A DNA stretch of 64,000 bases, taken from Gemmatimonadota bacterium (lineage in GTDB: Bacteria > Gemmatimonadota > Gemmatimonadetes > Palauibacterales > Palauibacteraceae). The notes under the pieces were generated by a model, which saw nothing but the letters and a program-made list of their open reading frames with translations, had not been told where the DNA came from and did no database searches. The stretch spans positions 527-64,526 of the forward strand of contig JBGMQU010000003.1 in assembly GCA_048060725.1 (NCBI GenBank). Reading direction: 5' to 3'. Shown here piece after piece: positions 45,705 through 55,425 of this stretch. How positions within the stretch are numbered: the first letter of the stretch is position 1; every line of letters begins with the position of its first letter. A program made the translations under genes and the position numbers.

Positions 45705-47200
45705 CCGGGACCCGCGGGCTGGTGGATCGCGCGTCCGCCCTGTTCGAGGAATGGCGGGGCAGCGCCCCCGATGACGTCTCCCCGGTTGCCGGAGACGGTT
45801 CGGCTCGACGGTACTGGCGCCTGACCGGTCCGGACGGTGCCACCGCGCTCGGCGCGTACGGTCCCGATCGGGATGAGAACCGGGCCTTTGTAGCGTTTTC
45901 CCGCACGTTTCGGGAGATCGGCCTGCGCGTCCCCGAGCTTTACGCCGTCGACGAGGCGAGCGGTGTATGGCTGCTGGAGGACCTCGGCGACCGGACCCTG
46001 TTCGAGATGCTTCGGATGGCGCGCGAGCCTTATGATGACCGGTTTCCGGAGACGATGCTCCCCATCTATCGTCGCGTGCTCGAGGAGTTGCCGCGTTTCC
46101 AGGTGTTGGGTGGGCAGTCGATCGACTTCCGGATCGCCTATCCACGGGCGGCGTTCGACCGCCAGTCGATCCTCTGGGACCTCAACTATTTCAAATACCA
46201 TTTTCTCAAGCTCGCGCATCTCCCGTTCAACGAGGCGAAGCTGGAAAAGGACTTCGGCCGGCTCGCCCGCTTCCTGCTGACAGCCGAGACCGGGCACTTC
46301 CTCTACCGGGACTTCCAGTCGAGGAACGTGATGGTGCGCGACGGCGCCGACGGCCCGGAGCCGTGGTTCATCGACTATCAGGGAGGGCGGCGCGGCGCGC
46401 TCCAGTATGACGTCGCGTCGTTGCTGTACGATGCGAAGGTCAACCTGGACGATGGACTGCGAGCCCACCTGCTCGACCACTATCTCGAGGCGCTCGCTTC
46501 GCACCACGCGATCGATCGGTCGGCTTTTCTCGAGACCTGGCCGGGATACGTCCTCGTCAGGATTCTCCAGGCGCTCGGGGCGTACGGATACCGCGGCTTT
46601 TTCGAGCGAAAACCACGGTTCCTGCAGAGCGTCCCATACGCGGCGAAGAACCTGGCGGGCCTTCTGGACGCGGGGTTGCCGCTGAATGTCCCTGAGCTCG
46701 AGACGGCGCTCACGCGGATCGTCGAACGTTGGGGAGAGTCTGTCTCCACGGATACGGTGGACGATACGCTCACCGTGTCGACTGGCAGCTTCAGGTTTTC
46801 GGGCGGGTACCCCCAGGATACGAGCGGGCACGGTGGCGGCTACGTCTTCGATTGTCGCGGACTGACCAACCCGGGGCGGGAGGAGGAGTATCGGCGTCTC
46901 ACGGGGCTCGATCGACGCACGATCTCGTTTCTCGAGGGACGGCCGGAGGTAGAGGCTTTCTGGGATCGGGTGCGGACGCTCGTCGATGCGCACGTAGTGG
47001 AGTACCGCGAGCGCGGGTTCTCCCACCTCAGCGTGTACTTCGGCTGTACGGGCGGGCAGCACCGGTCGGTGTACTTCGCGGAGCGGCTTGCGGCTCATTT
47101 GCGAGACGTGTGTCCGGATGTGGGGGTGAACGTGGTGCACCGGGAGAGCGCGGATTGGCCCCGACCCCGGGGGAGTGAGGGGCGGCCGTGCAGGCAATGA
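45701..47200 (+). CDS. AmgK-like amino-sugar (MurNAc/GlcNAc) anomeric kinase fused to a RapZ-C-terminal-like domain
   Basis: Residues ~1-340 form an APH-fold kinase with AGDGSARRYWR and LYRDFQSRNVMV, which match the AmgK signatures GDASxRRYxR and HRDxxSRNLM as I recall them. Residues ~372-499 read SFRFSGGYPQD...YVFDCRGLTNP...LTGLD...VYFGCTGGQHRSVYFAERLA. This aligns with the E. coli RapZ C-terminal domain ([24 protein letters not shown]...MTGLD...IGCTGGKHRSVYIAEQLA). The start overlaps the pyrD stop (ATGA). Confidence 0.75.
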   Translation: MTGTRGLVDRASALFEEWRGSAPDDVSPVAGDGSARRYWRLTGPDGATALGAYGPDRDENRAFVAFSRTFREIGLRVPELYAVDEASGVWLLEDLGDRTLFEMLRMAREPYDDRFPETMLPIYRRVLEELPRFQVLGGQSIDFRIAYPRAAFDRQSILWDLNYFKYHFLKLAHLPFNEAKLEKDFGRLARFLLTAETGHFLYRDFQSRNVMVRDGADGPEPWFIDYQGGRRGALQYDVASLLYDAKVNLDDGLRAHLLDHYLEALASHHAIDRSAFLETWPGYVLVRILQALGAYGYRGFFERKPRFLQSVPYAAKNLAGLLDAGLPLNVPELETALTRIVERWGESVSTDTVDDTLTVSTGSFRFSGGYPQDTSGHGGGYVFDCRGLTNPGREEEYRRLTGLDRRTISFLEGRPEVEAFWDRVRTLVDAHVVEYRERGFSHLSVYFGCTGGQHRSVYFAERLAAHLRDVCPDVGVNVVHRESADWPRPRGSEGRPCRQ

Positions 47201-47943
47201 TCCTCGCCGCAGGCGAAGGGCGGCGGTTGCGCCCGGTCACCGATCACACGCCCAAGGCCCTGGTGGATGTGGGGGGTGCCACCGCGTTGGAGCGGGTTGC
47301 CGCGGCGCTGGCCGCGGCAGGTGTGGATCACCTCATCGTCAACGCGCACCACTTCGCGGACGAAGTCGAACGGGCGGCGCTCGAGCTCGTCCGGCCGGGA
47401 CTGCGGGTCACCGTGTCGCGCGAGGACCACGAGTCTGCCTCGGCCCTCGAGACGGGCGGAGCGCTGGCGTTCGCCCGGGAGAGGTTCGATGGAAACGCAC
47501 CGTTTTTCCTGCACAACGCAGATGTGCTGACCGACCTGGATCTCGCCGCGGTCTACGATTCCCACGTTCGAGGTGTGATCGACGACGGTCGCCTCGCGAC
47601 CCTCGTCGTAACTCGACGCGAGACCACTCGGCCTTTGCGTGCCGACGAACTCGGGATCTACGGGCGCGCCAACCGCACGGAAGGGTGGGATGTGGCTTAC
47701 CGACAGCCGGTCGGACCGACGCTCGAGGTCGGGTTCTCCGGAATTCACGTGTTGTCTCCGGGGATCCTGCGGCATTTCACGGCGGGCGGGGCGTACTCGA
47801 TCATCGATGTGTACATGAGGCTCGTGGCGGCCGGCGACGTCATCGCATGCTACGACGCGACCGACTCGTCGTGGTATGACATCGGGACCCCGGACCGGCT
47901 TGCCGACGCCCGAGCCGTCTTTCAAGAGGAGGCAAGCGAGTGA
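47188..47943 (+). CDS. murU: N-acetylmuramate alpha-1-phosphate uridylyltransferase-like nucleotidyltransferase
   Basis: MQAMILAAGEGRRLRPVTDHTPKALVDVGG parallels the MurU/NTP-transferase N-terminus MKAMILAAGKGERMRPLT. The gene directly follows the AmgK-like gene. Confidence 0.75.
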   Translation: MQAMILAAGEGRRLRPVTDHTPKALVDVGGATALERVAAALAAAGVDHLIVNAHHFADEVERAALELVRPGLRVTVSREDHESASALETGGALAFARERFDGNAPFFLHNADVLTDLDLAAVYDSHVRGVIDDGRLATLVVTRRETTRPLRADELGIYGRANRTEGWDVAYRQPVGPTLEVGFSGIHVLSPGILRHFTAGGAYSIIDVYMRLVAAGDVIACYDATDSSWYDIGTPDRLADARAVFQEEASE

Positions 47944-48965
47944 AGGCGATCAGGATTCGCGAACCGGGGGGGGCGGAGGTCCTCGAGCTGGTGGACGTCG
48001 AGGCCCCCGTGGCCTCGGCGGGCGAGGCGCTCGTGCGGGTGCGGGCCGCCGGCCTGAACCGGGCCGACCTCCTTCAGCGGGCAGGGCACTATCCCGCGCC
48101 GCCAGGCGTCCCCGCGGACATCCCCGGCCTCGAGTTCGCCGGCGAGCTCGTCGATTTTGGCCCCGAAGCCGGTCGGGTCGGCGAGACGGCCGCGCGAGCG
48201 GCGTTCGGCCCCGGGGCCGCCGTGATGGGGATCGTGGGCGGCGGTGCGTACGCCGAGTACCTGACCGTTCCGGTCGAGCACCTCATGCAGGCCCCCGCCT
48301 CGCTATCCATCACGGAAGCCGGCGGCATCCCCGAGGTCTTCCTGACGGCGAGCGACGCGCTCTTCTCGAGGGGCAAACTGGTGGCCGGGGATCGGGTGCT
48401 GATTCACTCCGCCGGCGGAGGGGTCGGGAGCGCGGCTCTACAGCTTGCCGCCGCGGCCGGTGCTTCCGGAGTGTGCGGCACCGCGTCGGGCCCCAAACTC
48501 GGACTCCTCCGCGCGCGCGATCTCCGACTGGACCTGGGTGTGGACTACACGCGGGACGATTTTGCCGACGCGGTCCGCGAGTGGACCGGAGGCGCGGGCG
48601 TCGACGTGATTCTCGATACGGTGGGTGCTCCGTACTGGCAGCAGAACGTGTCGAGCCTCGCCTCGCTCGGCCGTCTCGTGATCGTCGGGGTGATGGGCGG
48701 GTCTACCGTCGAGGTCGATCTTCGCGCCCTGATGGCCCGGCGGGCGAGCGTGATCGGTACCGTGCTTCGGGCGCGCTCGATCGACGAGAAGGCCGCGGTC
48801 ACCAGGCTGTTCGCGGAACGGTTCCTCCGGCTGTTCGATGAAACTCCCGCCGGACTGCGCCCGATCATCGATCGAACCGTCCCTCTCTCGGACGCCGCCG
48901 AAGCCCATCGCTACATGGAATCAAACCGCTCCTTCGGAAAGATCGTACTGGAAGTCGAAGGGTAG
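47940..48965 (+). CDS. NAD(P)H:quinone oxidoreductase (MDR superfamily, PIG3-like)
   Basis: MKAIRIREPGGAEVLELVDVEAP...GLNRADLLQRAGHYPAPPG...PGLEFAG...LIHSAGGGVGSAALQLA. The start overlaps the upstream stop (GTGA). Confidence 0.85.
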   Translation: MKAIRIREPGGAEVLELVDVEAPVASAGEALVRVRAAGLNRADLLQRAGHYPAPPGVPADIPGLEFAGELVDFGPEAGRVGETAARAAFGPGAAVMGIVGGGAYAEYLTVPVEHLMQAPASLSITEAGGIPEVFLTASDALFSRGKLVAGDRVLIHSAGGGVGSAALQLAAAAGASGVCGTASGPKLGLLRARDLRLDLGVDYTRDDFADAVREWTGGAGVDVILDTVGAPYWQQNVSSLASLGRLVIVGVMGGSTVEVDLRALMARRASVIGTVLRARSIDEKAAVTRLFAERFLRLFDETPAGLRPIIDRTVPLSDAAEAHRYMESNRSFGKIVLEVEG

Positions 48966-49032
48966 ACGCAGTGCGCGTTGGCCGTCGATCGGCGACGCCG
49001 TATCATCCACGGCCCACGAACAGGAGAGCGGG

Positions 49033-49734
49033 ATGGAGGCATGGGTCGGCACCAGCGGGTACAGCTACAAAGCGTGGAAAGGATCGTTCTATCCGGAAGA
49101 CCTTCCGAACAAGGACATGCTGTCGTTCTACGGTTCGAAGCTGACGGCCGTGGAGATCAACCACACGTTCTACCGGATGCCGAGCGCGAGCGTGCTGGAG
49201 AAGTGGGCGGAGACGGTCCCCGACGGGTTCCGCTTCGTGCTCAAGGCCTCGCGCCGGATCACGCACTTCAAGCGTCTAAAGGATGTCGAGGAAGAGACCG
49301 AGTACTTCGTTCGAACCGCGTCCGCGCTGGCCGACCGGGCAGGCGTGATTCTGTATCAACTGCCCCCGAACTTCAAACGAGATGACGAACGATTGACCGA
49401 CTTCATCGAGCAATTGCCGAACCCCGACCGCTCCGCCTTCGAGTTCCGGCACGAAACCTGGTTCGCCGACGCCGTTTTCGAGATTCTCGGCAGCCGGAAC
49501 GCCGCGCTCTGCCTCGCGGAAACGGACGAAGGAAACGATCCGCCACCCGTCGCGACGGCAGACTGGGTGTACATCCGTCTTCGGAAAACCGCGTACGCGG
49601 AACCGGACCTGGAGACCTGGGTCGAGCGGCTGGACGGATTCGACTGTCGGGAGGCCTACGTGTTCTTCAGGCATGAAGACGCCGGAGTCGGGCCGGCCCT
49701 CGCGGGACGCTTCACGCAGATGCTGACCTCATGA
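49033..49734 (+). CDS. DUF72 (YecE-like) protein
   Basis: The ATG at 49033 gives VGTSGYSYKAWKGSFYPEDL...FYGSKLTAVEINHTFYRMPS...FVLKASRRITH...LYQLPPNF. Confidence 0.85.
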   Translation: MEAWVGTSGYSYKAWKGSFYPEDLPNKDMLSFYGSKLTAVEINHTFYRMPSASVLEKWAETVPDGFRFVLKASRRITHFKRLKDVEEETEYFVRTASALADRAGVILYQLPPNFKRDDERLTDFIEQLPNPDRSAFEFRHETWFADAVFEILGSRNAALCLAETDEGNDPPPVATADWVYIRLRKTAYAEPDLETWVERLDGFDCREAYVFFRHEDAGVGPALAGRFTQMLTS

Positions 49735-50525
49735 GGAAGGTGGTCGGCCAGCTCATCCTGGTCACCGTGCTGATGTGGTTACTCAGCAACCAGATGCCGC
49801 GTCTCTACGCCGAATTCGCGCTCGTTCCAGCCCTGGTGCTGCAGAAACCGTGGACGCTCATCACGTACCAGTTTCTTCACGACCGGTCGGGGCTCGGCCA
49901 TATTTTCTTCAACATGTTGGGCCTGTTTTTCTTCGGTCCGCGCCTGGAGGAACGGCTGGGCGGTCGGCATTTTCTCGGGCTCTACCTGGTCAGCGGAGTC
50001 GTCGGGGCGATTGTTCACATCCTGTTTAGTGCGCTACCGATCTCCGACGGCGGGCTCGCGGTTCCGATGGTCGGAGCGTCCGCAGCCGTGTACGGCGTTC
50101 TCCTCGGGTACGCCCGGTTCTGGCCCAAGGACAAGATTCTTATCTGGTTCATCATACCGATCGAGATCAGGACCGCGGTCATCGGTCTGACGCTGATCTC
50201 GCTGTGGTTCGGGCTGGGTTCCGGCGGCGGCAACGTCGCCTACTTCGCCCATCTCGGAGGGTTTCTGGGCGGCTGGCTCTATCTGAGGTGGATGGAGCAC
50301 CGATCCCCCGCCCGGCAGTTCCAGCGCAAGATCGACGGCCCCGCTGGTCGTATGGGAGATCGACAGCTAAAGGATCGCTGGGAGGCCATCGACGCAGAAC
50401 GGCTCCACGAGGTCAATCGGCAGGAGTACGACCGCATCGCGCAGCAGGTGGACGACGCGGGCTGGAACAGTCTGACCGACCGGCAAAAGACCTTTGTTGA
50501 GCGTTTTGGAGGAGGCGGCCGCTAA
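49731..50525 (+). CDS. Rhomboid family intramembrane serine protease
   Basis: Six TM segments are present, with HIFFNMLGLFFFG, catalytic GASAAVYG and AHLGGFLGG. The start overlaps the upstream stop (ATGA). Confidence 0.85.
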   Translation: MRKVVGQLILVTVLMWLLSNQMPRLYAEFALVPALVLQKPWTLITYQFLHDRSGLGHIFFNMLGLFFFGPRLEERLGGRHFLGLYLVSGVVGAIVHILFSALPISDGGLAVPMVGASAAVYGVLLGYARFWPKDKILIWFIIPIEIRTAVIGLTLISLWFGLGSGGGNVAYFAHLGGFLGGWLYLRWMEHRSPARQFQRKIDGPAGRMGDRQLKDRWEAIDAERLHEVNRQEYDRIAQQVDDAGWNSLTDRQKTFVERFGGGGR

Positions 50526-50540
50526 CGTCCCGGCGCGTCC

Positions 50541-52496
50541 CTAGCCTGTGGCCCCCGCGGTGACCGCCGGGTCCGCGTCGGCCACAGCGGACGTCTCCGC
50601 CGACGCCGCGTCGGGCTCGATCGAACGGACTGATTCCAACGCCGCTTTCTGCAGACCTACGATGCCGCGCTCCAGCCACTCGTAGTCGCCCCCCATGATG
50701 TCCTGAGCGATTCGGTAGTCGTGCGTGTCGTGGTTCGACCGAATGTGCCGGAACAACTCGCCGATCCGTCGCCGGGATGAAACCGCGAAGGAGTCGGCGA
50801 GACGCGCCGCTTCCTCTGCCCCTTCGTGCCCCTTCCGTTTCATCATGTCGGCCTTGAGCACCGTCGCGGAAATCGCGAACAGCTCGGCGCAGATGTCGAC
50901 GCACCGGAACAACAAACCCTGACGCTTCTCGAGCGCACCGCCGTGTCGGACCATCAGGTGGAAGATCGTGCGGGCCAGCCTTCGACTGGTTCGCTCGACA
51001 TAACGCAGGTGCTTCGCGGCGGGGCCGAATCGCGAGTACTTCGGCGGCAGGCTCCACCCCAGCCAGCGCGTCGGATACCACCATCCGTAGAAGAGCGCGG
51101 CCCCGGGGAGCGCCTTGAGCTTGGCTCCGAACCCGAGCGTCGGATCGACGAGGTCGCCCGCGATCTGGAGGTGCTTGTCCACCGCCTCACGAGCGATGAA
51201 CAGACGCATGATCTCGCTCGACCCCTCGAAGATCCGGTTGATCCGGAAGTCACGCAGCCACCGTTCGACCGCGATGGGTGCTTCGCCACGTGCCGCCAGC
51301 GAATCGGCGGTCTCGTAACCGCGCCCGCCCCGCACCTGGAGCGCGTCATCGGTCACGCTCCACCCCGTCTCCGTGTTCCAGAGCTTGGCGACGGCCGCTT
51401 CGAGTCGGATGTCGTACCCGCCCCGGTCGGCCATCGTCTGCGTCAGATCGGCAATCGCCGACATGGCCCAGGTGCGAGCCGCGATCGAAGTCAGGTAGTG
51501 CGCGATCGTCTCGTGCTTCCCGATGGGCACACCCCACTGCACACGACTGGCAGCCCATTCGCGGCAGACTTCGAGCGCCGCCTGACAACCGCCCACGGCG
51601 GATGCGGGAATCGTCAGACGACCCGTATTCAATGTCACAAGGGCCAGCTTGAGGCCTCGCCCCTCCTTCCACAGGAGGTTCTTTTTCGGGACGCGGACGT
51701 TGGTGAACCGGATGACCCCGTTCTCCAGCGCCCGGAGACCCATGAAGTGACAGCGGATGACGACCTCGACGCCCGGCCAGTCTCGCTCGACGATGAACGC
51801 CGAAATCTTTCCGGAATCGGGATGCTTCGCCATCACGACATAAAGTTCGGCGAGCGTCCCGTTCGTAATCCAGAGCTTGTCGCCGTTGAGGATGTAGTGC
51901 TCCCCGTCTTCCGTGATCTCGGCCGTCGTCGCGAGCCGGGCGGGATCACTGCCTACATCAGATTCGGTCAGGGCGAATGCGCTGATGGCACCCTTCGCGA
52001 GGCGGGGGAGAAACTCTTTCTTCTGCTCTTCCGTCCCGAACGTCTTCAGCGGCTGCCCGAGGCCGATCGACTGATGGGCGGACAGCAGAGCGACGAGGTT
52101 CCCGTCGACGCTGCCGACCATTCGCATCGCGTTCGCGTACTCGGTCTGATTGAAGCCGAGGCCCCCGTACTCCTGCGGTACCTTGATCCCGAACGCCCCG
52201 CGGTCCGCGAGCGCCCGTACGATTTCCGGCGGGATCTGTCCTTCGCGATCGATGGCGTCGGAGTCGACTTCATCACGGAGAAACGTCCGGAGTTCCTCGG
52301 TCCAGTCCCGGGCCCGATCGGAGAGAAAATCTTCGGGGTCCGGGTACGGATCGATCGCGTCGAGCCGGAAGTTCCCGAGGAACAGATTCCGGACGAACGT
52401 GCGGCCCGTCCAGTCCTTTTCTCGCGCGTCCTCCGCGACTTGTCGGGCTTCCGCCTCGGTCACGTGCGTGCCGCCCTGCTGGTCCGTCTGCGACAT
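50541..52496 (-). CDS. Acyl-CoA dehydrogenase, long form with C-terminal extension domain
   Basis: ACAD N, M and C domains are present ([32 protein letters not shown]), plus a ~200-aa C-terminal domain. I chose the ATG at 52496, which has an AGAGGG SD-like sequence upstream. The track start at 52619 would add a 41-aa AT-rich, atypical extension. Confidence 0.85.
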   Translation of the reverse strand: MSQTDQQGGTHVTEAEARQVAEDAREKDWTGRTFVRNLFLGNFRLDAIDPYPDPEDFLSDRARDWTEELRTFLRDEVDSDAIDREGQIPPEIVRALADRGAFGIKVPQEYGGLGFNQTEYANAMRMVGSVDGNLVALLSAHQSIGLGQPLKTFGTEEQKKEFLPRLAKGAISAFALTESDVGSDPARLATTAEITEDGEHYILNGDKLWITNGTLAELYVVMAKHPDSGKISAFIVERDWPGVEVVIRCHFMGLRALENGVIRFTNVRVPKKNLLWKEGRGLKLALVTLNTGRLTIPASAVGGCQAALEVCREWAASRVQWGVPIGKHETIAHYLTSIAARTWAMSAIADLTQTMADRGGYDIRLEAAVAKLWNTETGWSVTDDALQVRGGRGYETADSLAARGEAPIAVERWLRDFRINRIFEGSSEIMRLFIAREAVDKHLQIAGDLVDPTLGFGAKLKALPGAALFYGWWYPTRWLGWSLPPKYSRFGPAAKHLRYVERTSRRLARTIFHLMVRHGGALEKRQGLLFRCVDICAELFAISATVLKADMMKRKGHEGAEEAARLADSFAVSSRRRIGELFRHIRSNHDTHDYRIAQDIMGGDYEWLERGIVGLQKAALESVRSIEPDAASAETSAVADADPAVTAGATG

Positions 52497-52801
52497 TGGG
52501 CCCTCTATATGTGAAGCGTTGATGCCATAAAGATCATAAAGATAAGGATGTTTGAAGAAATACGGCAGGTCGCGGTAACGATACCTACGCGACCAATCCC
52601 GAATCCAGGGTTTCAACACCCCTTCGTGTGTCTTGCCGAAGGTTGCAGGGATCGTACCCGTCCAATGCCTGCGTGGCCTGCTCCCAAACGTACCGCGCCC
52701 GCTTGAACACGGTCAACGCGACCCCGGTGTTGGAAGCCCCGTCACGGGCGACTTTTCGACCCGGTTCGCCCGCACGTTCGGGACATTTCGTCCCGGGCCC
52801 C

Positions 52802-54445
52802 TCACGGGCCCGACCCCCGCCGGAGGCGGGGCAGCGCCTGACGGACCTCGGCTCGGGTGAGTCCGAGCAGCGATGCGTGCTCCACCAGCGCATCCAGGTC
52901 CACGGGGTATGCGCCAGCTCGGCTCGGGTCCGCCAGACCCGCGACGTTTCGGGGGGCGATCAGAGCCGCGACCACGTCGTTCGGAACGGGGCAGACGTCG
53001 CGTCGCCCTCGGTGCCCGTCGTCGTGTCCGCGCGCCAGCCTGCTCGATGCCGCGCGGATGGCCCCCCGAATCACGGGATCCGTGGCGCCCAGGAACCCGA
53101 TATCGACCCAGCCTCCGGGTTCCGGCGCCGGACAGAGCCGCTGCCAGGCCTCGGAGTAGCTGGCGGCTGCGAAATACAGGTGCGTCCACGCCCTGAACGC
53201 CTCGAAGTCGCCCCTGAGACGAACCGCGGATCCGGTGAGGGCCATGATCGTCTCCGCTTCGGTCCTCAGCAGTTCGCCGTAGCCTTCGACGGCCGCCTCG
53301 GTCGGCCACTCGCCAGAATCGGGAGCCAGGATGCCGGCAAGTCGCTCGACCGCCGCCAGGCTCCACGCGATCCCGGTCGAGAACATCGGGCTGGCGAAGC
53401 AGAAGGTATGCGGAAGGAGGGCGAGTCCGGGCGCCGTCGCGCGGTCGAGAAGCCGCTGTAGACGTTTCGAAGAGCCGATCGGCCGTACCGTACGTGCGTC
53501 GGCGAACTGCTCACGAAGCGTCGGATACCGTTCGATGAGCCGCGACCACGAGTCTTCGGGGTCCATCGCCAGTATCGCGGCGGCCTCGGGGTGTTCGCGG
53601 TCGACCAGAAAGCCCGCGCTGACCAGGCCGTCATCGAACGGGAGCACGTACATCCAGCCCTCCTCGAGGAGGTGGTGGATGGCGGCGCGTTCTTCGGGAT
53701 AGGGTGCCGGCGGGAGAACCGCGCCGCCCGCTTCGGCGATCGCGGCAAACGAACCGACGGCCTCGAAATGGCCGAACACGAGACCCGTGTTCGGTGGTCT
53801 CGCCGCTCCCTTCGGGGCGGAATCCGGCCGCGAAGCCACGACGTCGATGCGGTTACCGATCGGAAGGTGTCGCGCCGCGAACCCACCGGCGCCCGAGGCA
53901 TCGACGAGGAATTCCGCGTCCAGCCGCAGGCGCCTGCCCCCTCTACGTCCCTCGACGCGCCAGCGGTCTCCCATCCGTTCGAGTCCGTCGAGCTCGCAGC
54001 GATCGATGTACTCGACGCCCTCGTCGACGGCCCGGGCCACGAGGTGCGCGTCGATGTCGGCGCGCAGCCAATGAGCGTCGGCGATCTCGTCGTCGGGGCT
54101 CGCCGCCACGAGCAACCGTCGGGCGTTGTACGCGTCGTTCGCGAAGGGTTGATCGCCGGAGTGCGCGTAGAACGTGAATCCCCGCTTCAGGCCCCGTCGC
54201 AGACCGGGCAGTTCGCGTCCCCACCGCCCGTAGGCGGCCAGGGCCGCCAGATCCGGGAGGCGGTAGTCACGCGCGAGCCGCTCGAGACAAAGGGCCGCCA
54301 GCGGAGTCGACGACTCACCGATCGCGAATCGCGGGTGCGTCCCGCGTTCCAGGAGCGTGACCCGCCGACCGCGCGACGCGAGCAAGCGGGCGAGGATGGT
54401 CCCCGCGAAGCCGGACCCGACGACGATGACGGTTCGCGCATCCAT
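52802..54445 (-). CDS. FAD-dependent oxidoreductase, flavin-halogenase-like fold
   Basis: VIVVGSGFAGTILARLLASRGRRVTLLERG is a GxGxxG Rossmann fold, and FAIGESSTP is present. EGWMYVLPF occupies the position of the halogenase WxWxIP motif but is degenerate. The protein is 547 aa. Confidence 0.65.
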   Translation of the reverse strand: MDARTVIVVGSGFAGTILARLLASRGRRVTLLERGTHPRFAIGESSTPLAALCLERLARDYRLPDLAALAAYGRWGRELPGLRRGLKRGFTFYAHSGDQPFANDAYNARRLLVAASPDDEIADAHWLRADIDAHLVARAVDEGVEYIDRCELDGLERMGDRWRVEGRRGGRRLRLDAEFLVDASGAGGFAARHLPIGNRIDVVASRPDSAPKGAARPPNTGLVFGHFEAVGSFAAIAEAGGAVLPPAPYPEERAAIHHLLEEGWMYVLPFDDGLVSAGFLVDREHPEAAAILAMDPEDSWSRLIERYPTLREQFADARTVRPIGSSKRLQRLLDRATAPGLALLPHTFCFASPMFSTGIAWSLAAVERLAGILAPDSGEWPTEAAVEGYGELLRTEAETIMALTGSAVRLRGDFEAFRAWTHLYFAAASYSEAWQRLCPAPEPGGWVDIGFLGATDPVIRGAIRAASSRLARGHDDGHRGRRDVCPVPNDVVAALIAPRNVAGLADPSRAGAYPVDLDALVEHASLLGLTRAEVRQALPRLRRGSGP

Positions 54446-54452
54446 CCCGCCC

Positions 54453-55412
54453 TCAGTCGCGGCAGTCGCAGGGGACGCGCGCCCCGAGGACTTGCTGCAG
54501 ATTCGCTGCGCTCAGCCGCTCGACGCGCCGAACGGCGCAGCGGGCGCAGGTCGACAGGCGATCGGCGTCCCACAGGTCGGCGTCCACGATCATGATCTCC
54601 CCGACCTCCTCGAGCGCGAGTTCGAGGGCATCCTCGAGATGTCGGAGCCTGACCGGTCTCAGGTCGCCTCGTGTCGCGAGGTCGTCGAGGATCCCGTTGC
54701 CGCGCCGGAGCGGGATCAGCGACAGTCGCTCGACCCCGAGGTCGGCGGCGAACCGCGCGGAACGCACGGCCCACTTCGCGAACTCGCTGGGGGGCACCCA
54801 CGGGAGCCCGACGAGCACGAATGCTCGCGTCCCGATGTCGCGTTCGCGTGCCCACTCGACGGCATCTTCGAAATCGGCGAGCTCCATCCCCTTGTTGAGT
54901 CGCGGAAACACGACCGGGTGGACCGTCTCGAGCCCCATGGCAATCTCGAGACGCCCCTCGAGGGCGTGTGCCAGCACGGCGGCTCGTTCCCCGACGAGGC
55001 GCGCGTGCGTTTCCACGGTGACCCGCGCGAACCGCTCACAGAGGCGCACGAGCGCCGCATCGTCGGACGGAGGTGCCGCCCGCGCGTCGAAAAAGTTGCT
55101 CGCGTTGTACAGTTTCAGTGCATCGGCTCTGCCGATGGGTTCTGCGCCCCGGTCCGCCTCCTCGAGGGCGAGCGCCAGCTGGGTGGGCAGCGCCCCGGGA
55201 GGGGTCGGGCCATCGAGCGTGTGTCTCCAGAGGTCACAGAACAGGCAGGTGAACGGGCACTCGGCGCCGGCCAGGAATACCGTCAGAACCCGACGCCATT
55301 CTGTCCTCACCCCCCGCTCGATGTCCCACCGCTGGCCGATGGGACGGGCGGGGTCCACCGGTTCCCGGGCCGGGCGGAGCGCGCGAATCTCGCGGGTCCC
55401 GGGGCTCCTCAC
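54453..55412 (-). CDS. Radical SAM protein
   Basis: FLAGAECPFTCLFCDLW contains the CxxxCxxC cluster motif near the N-terminus of a ~319-aa TIM-barrel-sized protein. A C-terminal Cys cluster is also present (STCARCAVRR...VPCDC). The gene lies 7 nt upstream of the flavoprotein gene. Confidence 0.7.
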   Translation of the reverse strand: MRSPGTREIRALRPAREPVDPARPIGQRWDIERGVRTEWRRVLTVFLAGAECPFTCLFCDLWRHTLDGPTPPGALPTQLALALEEADRGAEPIGRADALKLYNASNFFDARAAPPSDDAALVRLCERFARVTVETHARLVGERAAVLAHALEGRLEIAMGLETVHPVVFPRLNKGMELADFEDAVEWARERDIGTRAFVLVGLPWVPPSEFAKWAVRSARFAADLGVERLSLIPLRRGNGILDDLATRGDLRPVRLRHLEDALELALEEVGEIMIVDADLWDADRLSTCARCAVRRVERLSAANLQQVLGARVPCDCRD

Positions 55413-55425
55413 CCGGGCATTCCGA

